Of a stretch of 35,857 nt of DNA, positions 1-10,731 are shown piece by piece. The stretch lies in the NCBI GenBank assembly GCA_052390515.1, contig JBQTGV010000176.1, forward strand, positions 1 through 35,857. Reading direction: 5' to 3'. The translations under genes and the position numbers were made by a program. The notes below the pieces were generated by a model. It was not told the DNA's origin. It did no database searches and saw only the letters and a list, made by a program, of their open reading frames with translations. The stretch comes from Candidatus Eiseniibacteriota bacterium (GTDB lineage Bacteria; ARS69). The stretch's first letter is position 1. Each line of letters begins with the position of its first letter.

Positions 1-2010
<2,010 letters not shown>

Positions 2011-2017
2011 GCGCGGT

Positions 2018-2569
2018 TCAGCCGACGCGCAGCAGCATACCCGCCGCGCCCACGAAGATCCCCAGCAGGAACGCGGCCCCGACCAAGGTGACGACGGCGG
2101 GACCGGACAGCACTTTGCGCTTGGCCCCGGCAGGGCTCGACGCAGGCGAGACCTCTCGCTCTTCCTGCTTCGCCTTGTTCTGCATGAACAGCAGCTGGTC
2201 CGGCGAGAGGATCATGGTTCCCTCGAGCGCGCCCGGAGGCGGGCCGCCTGCAGCATCCGGGCCGCGGCGATCGGACTCCACGCCCATCCACAGCGCGAAC
2301 TTGCCGATGCGTACGACGTCGTCGTGCCCGACGTACTCGCGCTCGATGTGCTTGTCGTTCACGAACGTACCGTTCGCGCTACCCAGGTCCTCGATGACGT
2401 AGCCGCCCGGAGTGCGTTCGATGCGCGCGTGTGCGCGGGAGATCCCGGTGTTGTCGAGGAAAATGTCGGAGGCCGGATCACGGCCGATCGAGACGGTCTT
2501 CTTGTTGAAGGTGAACGAGCGGATCGGCCGCCCCTTCAACGAGACACGCACCTTGAGCAGGTTCGGCAT
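2018..2569 (-). CDS. FHA-domain protein with C-terminal transmembrane helix
   Basis: FHA signature IGRD...ISRAHA...DLGSANGTFVN...DVVRIG; hydrophobic C-terminus VVTLVGAAFLLGIFVGAAGMLL; stop lies 7 nt before the kinase start. Confidence 0.9.
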   Translation of the reverse strand: MPNLLKVRVSLKGRPIRSFTFNKKTVSIGRDPASDIFLDNTGISRAHARIERTPGGYVIEDLGSANGTFVNDKHIEREYVGHDDVVRIGKFALWMGVESDRRGPDAAGGPPPGALEGTMILSPDQLLFMQNKAKQEEREVSPASSPAGAKRKVLSGPAVVTLVGAAFLLGIFVGAAGMLLRVG

Positions 2570-2750
2570 GCCGCGACATCCTGCGGATTGGGGGCTCTGC
2601 TGGGATTGCTATCGGCCGGCCGGGGCCGAGGATCGAGCCCCGGTTGGTGGGGCGGGGGCTCGCCTGGGCGGAGGGCGGTGTCCTCTTGCCGATGTTGGCG
2701 GAGACTTGCGGCCCCCGACGCCCCGGCGGCGCGCCCCCGGGAGGGGAGCG

Positions 2751-3380
2751 TCAGGCCGGCCGGCCGCGGACCCCCTCGATGGCCGAGACCGCGGCCTTCT
2801 TCGCGGAGTTGATCTCCTCCTCCGAGCCCCCCAGCCACATGCGGCCGAAGCGGCCCACCGAGGAGATGTGCAGGATCTTGATGTTCGCGCCCTTCTCGGC
2901 TTCGTTCGCGGCCAGGTTGATGTAGGCGGCCGGGGCCACCTCGACGACGAAGAGCGTCTCACCGGGGACGAGCATGGAGCCGCGCCGGAACCGGTTCAGC
3001 AGCTGGGCCTGGTAGGGGTCGACGTTGGTGATCACCTGCAGCGAGGCGATCTCCGGCCGGACCCTGTCCTCCACGGTCAGGCCCAGGCGCTTCAGGACGA
3101 GCTCTCCCGCCTCCAGGACCGAGGCCTGGGAGTGCGCGTGGACCTCGAACATGCCGAACTCGCGCTCCACGATCTGGGCGCCGGGCCGCGCCTCGGTGCC
3201 CTTCACGGCGACGTCCACGACGCGGAAAACCTCGTTGCCGGGGGCCATCTCGACGTACAGCGAGGCCATGCCCTCGACCGGTAGATCACCCTGGGTGATG
3301 GTGCCGACGAAGGCTGCGTACTGGGGCTGCATGCGGTCGAGGAAGCAGAACGCCCGGAGCTGGAACGCCTCGTGAGCCAC
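2751..3380 (-). CDS. Tandem-domain bacterial microcompartment shell protein, CcmP/CsoS1D (BMC-Tdp) type
   Basis: GTG at 3380 preceded by AGGAGAGGCC. Protein LRAFCFLDRMQPQYAAF...VEREFG...QAQLLNR.RRGSML.PGETL...AANEAEK...GRFGRMWLGG matches the remembered CcmP/CsoS1D pattern. The longer 3740 start in the track overlaps the divergent gene. Confidence 0.88.
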   Translation of the reverse strand: MAHEAFQLRAFCFLDRMQPQYAAFVGTITQGDLPVEGMASLYVEMAPGNEVFRVVDVAVKGTEARPGAQIVEREFGMFEVHAHSQASVLEAGELVLKRLGLTVEDRVRPEIASLQVITNVDPYQAQLLNRFRRGSMLVPGETLFVVEVAPAAYINLAANEAEKGANIKILHISSVGRFGRMWLGGSEEEINSAKKAAVSAIEGVRGRPA

Positions 3381-3559
3381 GGCCTCTCCTCGAAGGTCGC
3401 GGCATCCTCTCATGGCTCCGGGGGGCCGTCCAGCCGCCGCGAGACTCGCGCCGCCCCGTGCGCCGGCGCTGAAAACACTTGTCTTCCACGCGCGCTGGTC
3501 GCAATTTCTGCGACCGTGGGTGAGGTGGATCCGTTCCCCGCAATCAGGAGGTAGGGCAG

Positions 3560-4003
3560 TTGGCGAAAGCTCGTGCGAAGTCCAAGGGAAAGGCGAAGGG
3601 CAAGCCCAAGATGAAGGCGAAGCGGAAAGCGGCGAAGGCCAAGGCGAAGCCGAAGGCCAAGGGCAAGGCGAAGAGCAAGCCCAAGATGAAGGCGAAGCCG
3701 AAAGCCGCCAAGGCGAAGCCAGCGCCCAAGCCGGCCGCAAAGCCGAAGCCGAAGGCCAAGCGCGCCGCGAACCCCGCGTTCATGAAGCCGGTGCAGCCGG
3801 ACGCCGACCTCGCCGCGATCGTCGGACCCTCGGCGATGCCGCGCACCGAAGTGACCAAGCGCATCTGGGCGTACATCAAGGCGAACAAGCTGCAGGACGG
3901 CCGCAACATCAACCCCGACGACAAGCTCGCGAAGCTGTTCGGCGGAAGGAAGACCATCACGATGTTCGAGATGACGAAGCACATCTCGAAGCACGTGAGC
4001 TGA
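3560..4003 (+). CDS. Lys/Ala/Pro-rich histone-H1-like N-terminus fused to a SWIB/MDM2 domain
   Basis: TTG start with AGGAGG at 3546-3551; C-terminal AFMKP...LAAIVG...PRTEVTKRIWAYIKANKLQD..INPDDKL..LFGG...MFEMTK.IS.H is the SWIB motif. Confidence 0.9.
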   Translation: MAKARAKSKGKAKGKPKMKAKRKAAKAKAKPKAKGKAKSKPKMKAKPKAAKAKPAPKPAAKPKPKAKRAANPAFMKPVQPDADLAAIVGPSAMPRTEVTKRIWAYIKANKLQDGRNINPDDKLAKLFGGRKTITMFEMTKHISKHVS

Positions 4004-4015
4004 TCTTCGAGCACG

Positions 4016-4045
4016 GGGAGCGGCCGTTCCGACGAGGCCGCTCCC
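4016..4045. terminator. GC hairpin between convergent genes, possible bidirectional terminator
   Basis: gggagcggcc (4016-4025) is the perfect inverted repeat of ggccgctccc (4036-4045), 10-nt loop, between stops at 4003 (+) and 4058 (-); no U-tract. Confidence 0.5.
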
Positions 4046-4057
4046 GTCCGGCTCTCC

Positions 4058-6088
4058 TCAGCGCCCGTGGAACTCCGGGCGCTTGACCCCGAGACTGGAC
4101 AGTCCCTCGTAAGCGTCCTGCGTGGCGAAGATCTCGTCGAGGCAGGCGAGCTCCATCTCCAGCCCTTCGCCCAGCTTCCGCAGTGCTCCCTCGCGGATGA
4201 GCCGGTCCGCGATGCGCGTCGCGATCGGCGCCTTGTGCCGCACCTTGGACGCCTCCTTTGCGGCGCGTCCCGGCGGGCCTTCCACCGCGCCGGAGAGGAG
4301 CGCCTCGACGTCCGCGTCGGCGAAGAACCGCGAGAGCGTCTCGAGCTCCGCGGGGAGTGCATCGCTCCGGGGCGGGCGCCGGGCCGCTCCCTCGTGCAGC
4401 TCGCGGATCCGCGCGCTCAGCTTCTCCGCGGGCACGACCTCGTCGACGAGCCCGATCGCCTCCGCGGTGACCGCGTCGAGGGAGCTGCCGGTGAGCACGA
4501 GCCAGCGCGTGAGCGGGACTCCGATGCGCCGCGTGGTCCGCTGCGTCCCGCCGAGCCCGGGATAGATGCCGATGCCGGTCTCGGGGAAGCCGAGCGAGCC
4601 CTTGTCCGTCGCCAGGATCACGTCCGCGCACAGGGCCAGCTCCGACCCGCCGCCGAGCGACAGGCCGTCCAGACGACACACGACGAGCTTCGCGCTCTCG
4701 TCGATGCGCCGGTACAGCTCCTGAGCGCGCCGGGTGAAGGCACGGATGCGCTGCACGTCACCGCGGTCCAGGCTCTCCACGAAGAACTTCACGTCCGCTC
4801 CGGCGACGAACGCCTTTCCGGCTCCGCGGAGCACGATCGTGCGGACGTCGGGGCGGCGTTCCGCCTCGTCGAACGCGGCGGCGAGCTGATCCACGAGCGC
4901 CTCGTTCAGCGCGTTCATCGCATCCGGGCGGTTGAGCAGGATCTCGGCGATCCCATCCTGGACGTCCAGGCGAACGAGCCGGATCGGGAACGGGCGTCCC
5001 TGCTCGCCGTGCTCCACGAGCAGGCGCGGCACGTCGAGCTTCGGCCAGCGCGCGGCGATCTCCCGGGCCATGGCCAGCGCTTCCGCGGGCCCGACCCGGT
5101 TGGCCAGCTCGAAGGGACCGAGCGACCAGCGCAGCCCGACCCGCGCGCCGATGTCGGCGTCCTCGATGGCGCAGACCTTCTCCTCGATCATCGCCGCGGA
5201 GATGAGGAACGTGAGGCCCAGGAGCCGCCGCCGGACGGTTTCGAAGCGCGTCTCGTCGGCGGTTCCGGTCAGCGGCCAGGGCGCCCGCGCGGCGACCTGC
5301 GCGGCGAGGCGCGCGGCCGGCGCGTAGAACGGACCGAAGCGCTCGCCGAGCGTGGTCGCGGCGTGCAGGGCGATGGGCACGCCGGTCACGTTCATGAGCT
5401 CGAAGGGTCCCATCCCGATGCGGAAGGCGCGTTTCGCCGCCTCCTCGATGGTGGGGATGTCGGCGACTCCCTCCTCCAGCAGCCGTACCGCCTCGTTGAT
5501 CCACGGGACGAAGAAGCGGTTCACCACGAATCCGGGCGAGTCGGCGGAGCGGATCGGAGTCTTGCCGGTGGCCTCGGCGAACGTCCACGCCGCGGCGAAG
5601 GTATCCGCCGAGGTCTGCGGCCCGGGGATCACCTCCACGAGCCGGTTCTTGGCCGGATGGTAGAAGTAGTGGATCCCCACCACGCGGTCCGCTCGCCGGG
5701 TGGCCGACGCCACGTCGCTGACCGTGAAGCTCGACGTGTTCGTCGCCAGGATGGTGCGCGGGGAGACGGTTTGGTCCAGCCTGCCGAAGAGGTCGCGCTT
5801 GACCGCCAAGTCCTCGAAGACGGCCTCGACGATCACGTCGCAGTCGGCGAGGTCGGCCACGTCTCCGGAGGGCTTCACCCGCGCGGCGATCTCCTCGGCC
5901 TTCTCCGCGCGGAAGATCTTCCGCTCCACGCCCTCGGCCAGCGACGAGCGGATCCGCGCGAGCCCGGCGTTCGCCGCCGCCGCGTCCACGTCCACCAGCA
6001 CCACGTCGAATCCCTCGGCCGCCGTCTTCTGGGCGATGCCGCTCCCCATGTTGCCGGCGCCGACGACGCCGATCCGCCGCTTGCTCAT
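4058..6088 (-). CDS. 3-hydroxyacyl-CoA dehydrogenase / enoyl-CoA hydratase fusion (dehydrogenase N-terminal)
   Basis: GAGNMGSGIA Rossmann motif, EAVFED, ATNTSS, HYFYHP, GFVVNR, MGPFEL; C-terminal crotonase NRPDAMNALN, AFVAGAD, GGGSEL, FPETGIGIYPGLGGTQR. Confidence 0.93.
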   Translation of the reverse strand: MSKRRIGVVGAGNMGSGIAQKTAAEGFDVVLVDVDAAAANAGLARIRSSLAEGVERKIFRAEKAEEIAARVKPSGDVADLADCDVIVEAVFEDLAVKRDLFGRLDQTVSPRTILATNTSSFTVSDVASATRRADRVVGIHYFYHPAKNRLVEVIPGPQTSADTFAAAWTFAEATGKTPIRSADSPGFVVNRFFVPWINEAVRLLEEGVADIPTIEEAAKRAFRIGMGPFELMNVTGVPIALHAATTLGERFGPFYAPAARLAAQVAARAPWPLTGTADETRFETVRRRLLGLTFLISAAMIEEKVCAIEDADIGARVGLRWSLGPFELANRVGPAEALAMAREIAARWPKLDVPRLLVEHGEQGRPFPIRLVRLDVQDGIAEILLNRPDAMNALNEALVDQLAAAFDEAERRPDVRTIVLRGAGKAFVAGADVKFFVESLDRGDVQRIRAFTRRAQELYRRIDESAKLVVCRLDGLSLGGGSELALCADVILATDKGSLGFPETGIGIYPGLGGTQRTTRRIGVPLTRWLVLTGSSLDAVTAEAIGLVDEVVPAEKLSARIRELHEGAARRPPRSDALPAELETLSRFFADADVEALLSGAVEGPPGRAAKEASKVRHKAPIATRIADRLIREGALRKLGEGLEMELACLDEIFATQDAYEGLSSLGVKRPEFHGR

Positions 6089-6181
6089 GAGTTCTCCCCT
6101 TGCAGGTCGCTGAAGGACCCCTTCGGCCGCGTCTCGCGGGCGGAGGATAGTGGTCCTTTCAGCGACCGCTGCGTTGGAATG

Positions 6182-6218
6182 TCCTAGGAGGCGGCTGCCT
6201 CTCAGCAGCCTCCTAGGA
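6182..6218. terminator. Hairpin overlapping the glycosyltransferase stop codon
   Basis: tcctaggaggc (6182-6192) pairs with gcctcctagga (6208-6218); inner gctg/cagc stem; includes the TAG at 6213-6215. Confidence 0.45.
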
Positions 6219-7349
6219 TGCCAGCGAGACGCGCTCGCGCCGGGCGATGAGTTCCAGGTACAGGTCCTCGAGCCGGCCGGCGATGTCCGACCAGGAGTAC
6301 CTCTCCGCCTTGCGCCGGCCGGCCGCGCCCATGGACCTTGCGAGCCCCCGGTCGGTGAGCACCCGGACGACCGCGCCGGCGAGGCTCTCCGGATCGCGGT
6401 TCTTGAAGAGCAGGGCCTCCCGCCCGGCGTCCAGGATTTCCCGGTAGCCCTCGATGTCGCTCGCGACGATGGGGGTGCCCGAGGCCATCGCCTCCAGGTG
6501 GACGATGCCGAAGCTCTCCGACCCGGTCGACGGCGCGACGAACACGTCGGCAGTGCGGTAGGCCGCGGGGATCTTCGCCCGGGGAAGCTCCCCGAGGAAC
6601 GTCACCTCGCACGGGGCGCTCAGCGCGAGCAGCCGGTACCACGGCTCCAGGATGCCGCCGCCGACCACCAGGAGCCGGACGTCCGGCACCGCGGACACGA
6701 TGCGGGGCAGCGCTCGCAGCAGGATCGGGACGCCCTTCCGCGGATAGAAGCGCCCCACGAAGAGGATCGTCGGGCGGTCGGAGACGTGCTCGACGAGCGG
6801 AGGGACGCGCGGATGGAAGACCTGCGGATCGACGCCGTTGGGAATGACCCGGTACTCCTCGTCGAAGTAGCGGGAGGCGAAGCGTCGCGCCGCGTGCGAC
6901 ACGGCCACGCGCGCGTCGATGCGGCGGTTGAACCGCTGCAGGAAACGCTGACCGAGGCGGTAGGCGATGCCCCGCTCCGACGAGGCGTGGTACGTGCCCA
7001 CCAGGGCCACGTGCTCCGGCGCCTCCTCGATCGCCACCAGCGGAAGCGTCGGGCTCATCGGCTCGTGCACGTGCACCACGTCGTAGTCGTGGCTCGCGTA
7101 GATGCGCCGCATGTCGCGGCGAAGGGACAGCCCGGCGTTCACGTTGGCGAGCGCTCCGAGGTGGGGCAGGAGCACGTTGCGACCGATGCGCAGGACGTGG
7201 TCGCCGCTGCTCCGCGCCGTGCGGAAGCGGGAGGTGACCACGTGCACCTCGTGGCCGCGCTTGCGCAGCTCGCAGGCGCTGTGATGCACGCTCTCGGACA
7301 CGCCGCCGTTCTGCGGGTAGTACGGCTGGGTCACCACCGCGATCTTCAC
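6213..7349 (-). CDS. GT4 glycosyltransferase, PimA-like (phosphatidylinositol mannosyltransferase family)
   Basis: GTG at 7349 overlaps the upstream TGA (GTGA); motifs GGVSESV, HVHEPMSPTL, IPNGVD, FVGRFYPRKG, APSTGSESFGIVHLEAMASG. Confidence 0.85.
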   Translation of the reverse strand: MKIAVVTQPYYPQNGGVSESVHHSACELRKRGHEVHVVTSRFRTARSSGDHVLRIGRNVLLPHLGALANVNAGLSLRRDMRRIYASHDYDVVHVHEPMSPTLPLVAIEEAPEHVALVGTYHASSERGIAYRLGQRFLQRFNRRIDARVAVSHAARRFASRYFDEEYRVIPNGVDPQVFHPRVPPLVEHVSDRPTILFVGRFYPRKGVPILLRALPRIVSAVPDVRLLVVGGGILEPWYRLLALSAPCEVTFLGELPRAKIPAAYRTADVFVAPSTGSESFGIVHLEAMASGTPIVASDIEGYREILDAGREALLFKNRDPESLAGAVVRVLTDRGLARSMGAAGRRKAERYSWSDIAGRLEDLYLELIARRERVSLAS

Positions 7350-8182
7350 CGCGCGCACCCCGTGGCGAAGAAGGGACGGAAGACGAGCCACTGGCCGGCC
7401 AGGGCGGGGAGCTCCTTCTCGAACGCCTCGGCCAGCGCCTGGGTCGCGTCGCGGACCGCCGGCGCGGAGTCGTCGCGCACCGGGACCTCGGGCAGGAAGC
7501 GGGCACCGAGCTTGCCGCCCCGCGTTCGGAAGCAGACGAGAGGGAGGAGGGCCGCACCCGTCTTCGCCGCGAGCCGGGCCGGCCCGCCCGGGAGCGTCGC
7601 CTCCCCTCCTCCGAGCCGAACCGGGATCCCTCGCCGGAACACGTCGCCGTCCACCAGGAGCGCCACGACGCCGTTCGCCTCGAGGATGCGCGGGAGGCTG
7701 CGCCACGACGCGATCGACGGCGGCAGGATGTGGATTCCGGCCTGCTCCTGCCGGCGCCGGAGCTCGCGCGTCCAGGCCCGGTTGAGCTGCACCCCGGCGA
7801 CGGCGTGGACGGGAATCCCGAGGCGGGCCATGCGCGCGCCGGTCAGCTCCCAGTTGCCGGTGTGCAGCACGGCCAGCACGACGCCCGCTCCCCGCGCCCG
7901 CGCGGCCTCCATCACGCTCCAGTCCTGGAAGTCGTGGGCGACCCCCTGCGGGTCCGGTCCGCGCAGGAACTCGAAGAGGAACCGGCCGTAATTGCGGAAG
8001 ACCTCCGGCTCGAGAGGCTCGACGGCCGCGCCCTCACCGAGGAGGGTCCGCAGATTCGCCTGGACCGCCCGCCTCCGGCGGGCCGAGAACAGCCGGTGGC
8101 CCCGGGAGACCGCGTCGGCGATCCGGTATCCGGCGGAAAGCGGCACCGAGCGGGCCACCCCGGTGACTGCCGCGAGGAGCAT
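7346..8182 (-). CDS. Lipid acyltransferase, LpxL/PatA (HX4D/E) family
   Basis: ATG at 8182 after GAGGTG; FRNYGRFLFEF, HTGNWE catalytic motif, ALLVDG, LPGGPARLAAKTGA, QWLVFRPFF. Confidence 0.85.
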   Translation of the reverse strand: MLLAAVTGVARSVPLSAGYRIADAVSRGHRLFSARRRRAVQANLRTLLGEGAAVEPLEPEVFRNYGRFLFEFLRGPDPQGVAHDFQDWSVMEAARARGAGVVLAVLHTGNWELTGARMARLGIPVHAVAGVQLNRAWTRELRRRQEQAGIHILPPSIASWRSLPRILEANGVVALLVDGDVFRRGIPVRLGGGEATLPGGPARLAAKTGAALLPLVCFRTRGGKLGARFLPEVPVRDDSAPAVRDATQALAEAFEKELPALAGQWLVFRPFFATGCAR

Positions 8183-8270
8183 CGCACCTCTCGGGAAATG
8201 TGCTGCTGAACCGAGCCGGAAGCGAACGTAAGGGGGTGCCCCGAAAGCGTCAAGAAGCCGGTCCGGCCTT

Positions 8271-8296
8271 GCATCCTGCGTCGATTCGCATCCTGC
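8271..8296. promoter_or_regulatory. Direct repeat GCATCCTGC x2, candidate enhancer-binding-protein site
   Basis: gcatcctgc at 8271-8279 and 8288-8296 (17-nt period), about 130-155 bp upstream of the sigma-54-like motif. Confidence 0.4.
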
Positions 8297-8423
8297 ACGC
8301 GCCAGGCGGATCGCCGCCCGCCGGAACGGACTGCCGCCCTGCCCCGGCGACGGCTCGGCCAATCCACGTTCCCGCAACGGCTTCACCGAACCGCGGCAGA
8401 GAATGGGCACGCCAGTTCGATCT

Positions 8424-8438
8424 CGGCACAGGCCTTGC
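8424..8438 (+). promoter_or_regulatory. Candidate sigma-54 (-24/-12) promoter for mglA
   Basis: CGGCAC-AGGCC-TTGC versus consensus TGGCAC-N5-TTGC, with exact GG-N10-GC spacing, 83 nt before the ATG. Confidence 0.6.
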
Positions 8439-8521
8439 GTGAGCGCGCCGGTCGGGGAAGGCCGCCTCCGGGCGAGCTTCTCTCGACGCCGGGGAAGGCC
8501 ACATCCAGGGAGAGCGCGACG

Positions 8522-9457
8522 ATGGTCGTCTTCAACTACACCGGTCGGGAACTGAGCGGGAAGATCGTGTACTACGGTCCGGCTCTGTCGGGGAAGACGA
8601 CGAACCTCGAGCAGATCTACGGTCGGACGCCCGCCGACACCCGCGGCAAGATGGTCTCGATGAAGACCAAGGCCGAGCGCACGCTGTTCTTCGATCTGCT
8701 TCCGGTGAACCGGGGCACCATCGGGGATTTCAAGGTCCGTTTCCTGCTCTACACGGTTCCGGGACAGGTCTACTACAACGCCACGCGGAAGCTCGTGCTC
8801 AAGGGCGCGGACGCCATCGTGTTCGTGGCCGACTCGCAGCGCTCCCAGCTCGCGGCGAACATCGACAGCTTGAGGAACCTGCGCACGAACCTCCTCGAGT
8901 ACGGTATGTGCCTGGACGACCTGCCCTGGGTGATCACCTACAACAAGCGGGACATGCCCGACGCGATGCCGATCGAGGAGCTGGAGCGCGAACTGAACCC
9001 GAACGGCGTGCCCAGCTTCGGCCAGGTGTCGGTGTCCTGCCAGGGCGTGTTCGAGCCGTTCGAGTGCGTGAGCAACCTGCTCATGGAGCGCCTCGAGGCG
9101 CAGCTTCGCGGAGACCCCGCCAAGGCGAAGCGCCCCGCCGGGCCGGCGCCCGTTCCCGCGCAGGTCGCGGTCCGCGAGATGACCAAGGCCATCCGCTCGG
9201 TGACTCCTCTGCCCGCGGCGCTGCCCAACCGCCCGGAGCTGGTGGTCCAGCACGGCTACGACCAGGTGAGCGCGGGCGCGGCGCGTCCCGCTCACGGGCC
9301 GGTACGGCCGGCGGCCGCTCCCGCGGCGACGGCGACGGCGACGCCGGATTCCCCGCTCGTGATCCAGAAGTCCGTCGTCGTGACCGTGCCGGCGGCGGAG
9401 CTCCAGGGCCGGCGCAAGTTGAAGCTCGTCATCGACGTGACCGTCGAGCCCAAGTGA
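8522..9457 (+). CDS. mglA: MglA-family small GTPase with Pro/Ala-rich C-terminal extension
   Basis: KIVYYGPALSGKTTNL (G1), ERTLFFD, YTVPGQVYY, VFVADS, YNKRD (G4); about 110 extra C-terminal residues. Start reassigned to ATG 8522. Confidence 0.88.
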   Translation: MVVFNYTGRELSGKIVYYGPALSGKTTNLEQIYGRTPADTRGKMVSMKTKAERTLFFDLLPVNRGTIGDFKVRFLLYTVPGQVYYNATRKLVLKGADAIVFVADSQRSQLAANIDSLRNLRTNLLEYGMCLDDLPWVITYNKRDMPDAMPIEELERELNPNGVPSFGQVSVSCQGVFEPFECVSNLLMERLEAQLRGDPAKAKRPAGPAPVPAQVAVREMTKAIRSVTPLPAALPNRPELVVQHGYDQVSAGAARPAHGPVRPAAAPAATATATPDSPLVIQKSVVVTVPAAELQGRRKLKLVIDVTVEPK

Positions 9458-9467
9458 CGGCGCACCC

Positions 9468-9497
9468 TTGACCGGTGCGGATGGCGGTGATTAGTCT
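9468..9497 (+). promoter_or_regulatory. Candidate sigma-70-type promoter for the TPR gene
   Basis: TTGACC-N18-TAGTCT in the intergenic gap. Confidence 0.4.
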
Positions 9498-9539
9498 GCG
9501 GCGCCATCGTCCGGGGAGGATGCGCGCTTGCTCTCGAAG

Positions 9540-10652
9540 ATGGGATTTGGGTCGCGGCGAAAGCGCCCGACCCCGCCCCGTGAGGTGATCGAGGCCGAGA
9601 GACGACTCCGCGGCCGCGGCGCGAAGGAACCGGACAACTGGCAGAAGCTCGCTCACGTGCGCGCGAACCTCCGCGATCACCTCGGAGCCTACGAAGCCTA
9701 CGCACGCCGCGCGGATCTCGTGCCCGACGACATCGAGGCCGCGTACGACGCCGGAGTCGCCGCTCGGAAGGCCGGTGCTCTTCCGGAGGCACTGGATTAC
9801 CTGTCGCGGTGCATCGCGCTCGATCCGGAAGACGCGCGGACCCACATGCAGTACGCCAAGGCGCTGGACCTCGCCGGAATGGTCGACCAGGCGCTGGAGC
9901 ATCACCAGCGCGCGGTGGAACTCGCGCCCGAGTCCCCCGAGCCCCACTATCACCTGGGCGTCACCTACGCCCGCGCCGCCAAGGACGACCTCGCCATGGC
10001 CGCCTACCGGCGGGCACTGGATCGGGATCCGGCGTTCGCGCGCGCCCACGGCAACCTCGGCGTCCTGCTCGACCGCCTCGGTGACTTCGATGGCGCCGTG
10101 ATGGAGCTCACCAAGGCGGTGAACCTGGAGCCGGAGCGCGCCGAGTGGCACTCCAATCTCGGCGCGCTGTACGGCGAGCATCGCCTCTTCGACGAGGCCA
10201 TCGAGGAGTTCTCGGTGGCGCTCCAGCTCGACCCGCAGAACGCCGAGGCCCGGTTCAACCTGGGCGTCGCCTATCTCGATCGCGGGCGGCACGACGACGC
10301 CATCGAGCACCTGCGCAAGGCGTCGGAGCTGGATCCGGAGAACGGGCGCGCGTTCTACCACCTCGGCGAGGCGTACCAGAAGAAGGGGCTGTACGCGAAG
10401 GCGGTGCGAGAGATCCGCATCGCGCTGGAAGTGACTCCCGACGAGTCGCGGTGCTACTACACGCTCGGCTGCGTGTACAACAAGATGGACGCGGTCGACG
10501 AGGCCATCACCGCGCTGGAGCACGCCATCGCCCTGTCACCGGACAACGGCCGCGCGTACTATCATCTCGGCATCGCCTACGACAAGAAGGGTCAGGCGGC
10601 GGAAGCGCGCGAGGCGTACCGGCGCTCCGAGGAACTGCTCGCTGAGGCGTGA
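9540..10652 (+). CDS. Tetratricopeptide-repeat protein (about 10 TPRs)
   Basis: Regular 34-aa repeats (AHGNLGVLL...[18 protein letters not shown]...A..HL.KA.ELDP); start 9540 or 9528. Confidence 0.9.
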   Translation: MGFGSRRKRPTPPREVIEAERRLRGRGAKEPDNWQKLAHVRANLRDHLGAYEAYARRADLVPDDIEAAYDAGVAARKAGALPEALDYLSRCIALDPEDARTHMQYAKALDLAGMVDQALEHHQRAVELAPESPEPHYHLGVTYARAAKDDLAMAAYRRALDRDPAFARAHGNLGVLLDRLGDFDGAVMELTKAVNLEPERAEWHSNLGALYGEHRLFDEAIEEFSVALQLDPQNAEARFNLGVAYLDRGRHDDAIEHLRKASELDPENGRAFYHLGEAYQKKGLYAKAVREIRIALEVTPDESRCYYTLGCVYNKMDAVDEAITALEHAIALSPDNGRAYYHLGIAYDKKGQAAEAREAYRRSEELLAEA

Positions 10653-10731
10653 CTCCGGGTCGGATGAGTTGTCCGCGATCGCCGTTGAGCCAGGTCATCG
10701 GGGGCGGCTTCTCCGACCCGGGAGGTTCACG

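Noticed and set aside
3560-3770. CRISPR-like or DNA-level tandem repeat
   Set aside because: Periodicity comes from Lys/Ala codons in a coding low-complexity region; no repeat-spacer structure or cas genes.
4067-6187. 706-aa + strand ORF (likewise 6150-7991 +, 12035-14866 -, 23498-25840 -, 31527-33254 - and similar)
   Set aside because: Antisense or out-of-frame shadows of well-supported genes, with Arg/Gly/Pro-rich composition and no family motifs.
7346-9295. 649-aa minus-strand ORF read as one fusion protein
   Set aside because: Only 7346-8182 is the acyltransferase (own RBS and ATG); the rest is antisense to mglA.
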